From: Camelus dromedarius
Taxonomy: Eukaryota
Length of the DNA stretch: 64,000 nt
NCBI RefSeq assembly: GCF_036321535.1
Contig: NC_087437.1
Coordinates: 85,438,001-85,502,000, forward strand
Direction of reading: 5' to 3'
Part shown: one piece after another, positions 63,235-64,000 of the stretch
How positions within the stretch are numbered: position 1 is the first letter of the stretch
How the letters are laid out: the number at the start of each line of letters is the position of its first letter
Notes under the pieces: generated by a model
What the model saw: the letters and a program-made list of their open reading frames with translations, nothing else
Told to the model about the DNA's origin: nothing
Databases searched by the model: none
Translations under genes and position numbers: made by a program

Positions 63235-64000
63235 CCAGGGAAAAATACACAAATGAATAATAGGCACATGAAAAGATACTCAAACTCATCAGTTGTCAGG
63301 AAAATGCTAGTCAAGATCACAATGAGATACCACTTCACTCTCACTAGAACAACTAAAATCAAAAAGTCAGATAATAACAAATGCTGATGAGGATGTGGAG
63401 AAATCTGAACCCTCATGCATTGCTAATGGCATGAAGTGGTACTGCTTCTTTGAAAACGGTTTGCCAATCACTCCAATGGTTAAACTGGGTTACCATATGA
63501 CCCAGAAATTCCACTCCTAGGTATATACCCAAGAGAAATGAAATCAAATTTACACAAAAGTTTGTTCATATATGTCAAAGTAGAATTATTCACAATAGCC
63601 AGAGGTGGCCACAACCCAAATTTCTATTAATGTATGAATACATAAGCAAAATGTGGTATGTAAGCACAGTGAAATATCATTCAGACATTAGAATGAAATA
63701 CTGACACCTGGTACAACATAGATGAAACTTAAAAACATTACACTAAATGAAAGCTAGTCACAAAAGGTCACATATATGATTCCATTCATATGTACTGTTG
63801 AGAAAGTGGAAATCTGTAGAGTGTTAACCCAGCTTACGGCTGGGTGGGTAAGGGGTTGGAGTGAGGTACAAAAAGTCAGTGCTAAACCATACAGGGTTTG
63901 CTTTGGGGTTGGTAAAAATGTTCTAAAATTGCCTCTTGTGATGATCGCACCTACCTGTGAATATACTAAAAATAATTGAATCATACATTTTAAATTGGTA
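63235..64000 (+). mobile_element. L1MB-like 3' end running off the window
   Basis: ORF 63169..63387 (NRHMKRYSNS..KITMRYHFTLTR..KIKKSDNNKC); taccatatgacccagaaattccactcctaggtatatacccaagagaaatgaaa. Confidence 0.92.

Noticed and set aside
1..64000. CRISPR array, tRNA/rRNA/snRNA genes, NUMT, CpG-island promoter or prokaryotic-type system
   Set aside because: No regularly spaced repeats, no recognisable structured-RNA or mitochondrial sequence, and CpG is depleted throughout; this is repeat-rich mammalian nuclear DNA.

Overview
AT-rich, CpG-poor eutherian (mammalian) genomic DNA, intergenic or deep intronic. I see no CpG island, no recognisable host protein-coding exon, no RNA gene and no CRISPR array. 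About half of the window is decayed interspersed repeat: many L1 fragments of different ages, L2, MIR, the DNA transposons MER58A, MER2 and MER53, several solo LTRs (MER21-, LTR33-, MLT1-, MER68-, MER54-, MER41- and MER89/90-like), and a 5'-truncated class III (ERV-L-type pol) provirus that still carries a degraded gamma-type env and its 3' LTR (17063-21210). The young L1 3' ends, the MER41-like LTR and the lack of Alu, B1, SINEC, Bov-tA, PRE and ERE SINEs suggest a cetartiodactyl, most likely a camelid (inference). The listed ORFs are repeat-derived, low-complexity or chance. I found no convincing intact novel gene system. The best leads are the env-bearing class III ERV, a STAT-type site in an intact MER41-like LTR, and a few candidate micro-exons and regulatory motifs. 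Repeat family names come from recalled consensus sequences, not from a search. Boundaries are approximate unless termini or TSDs are quoted.
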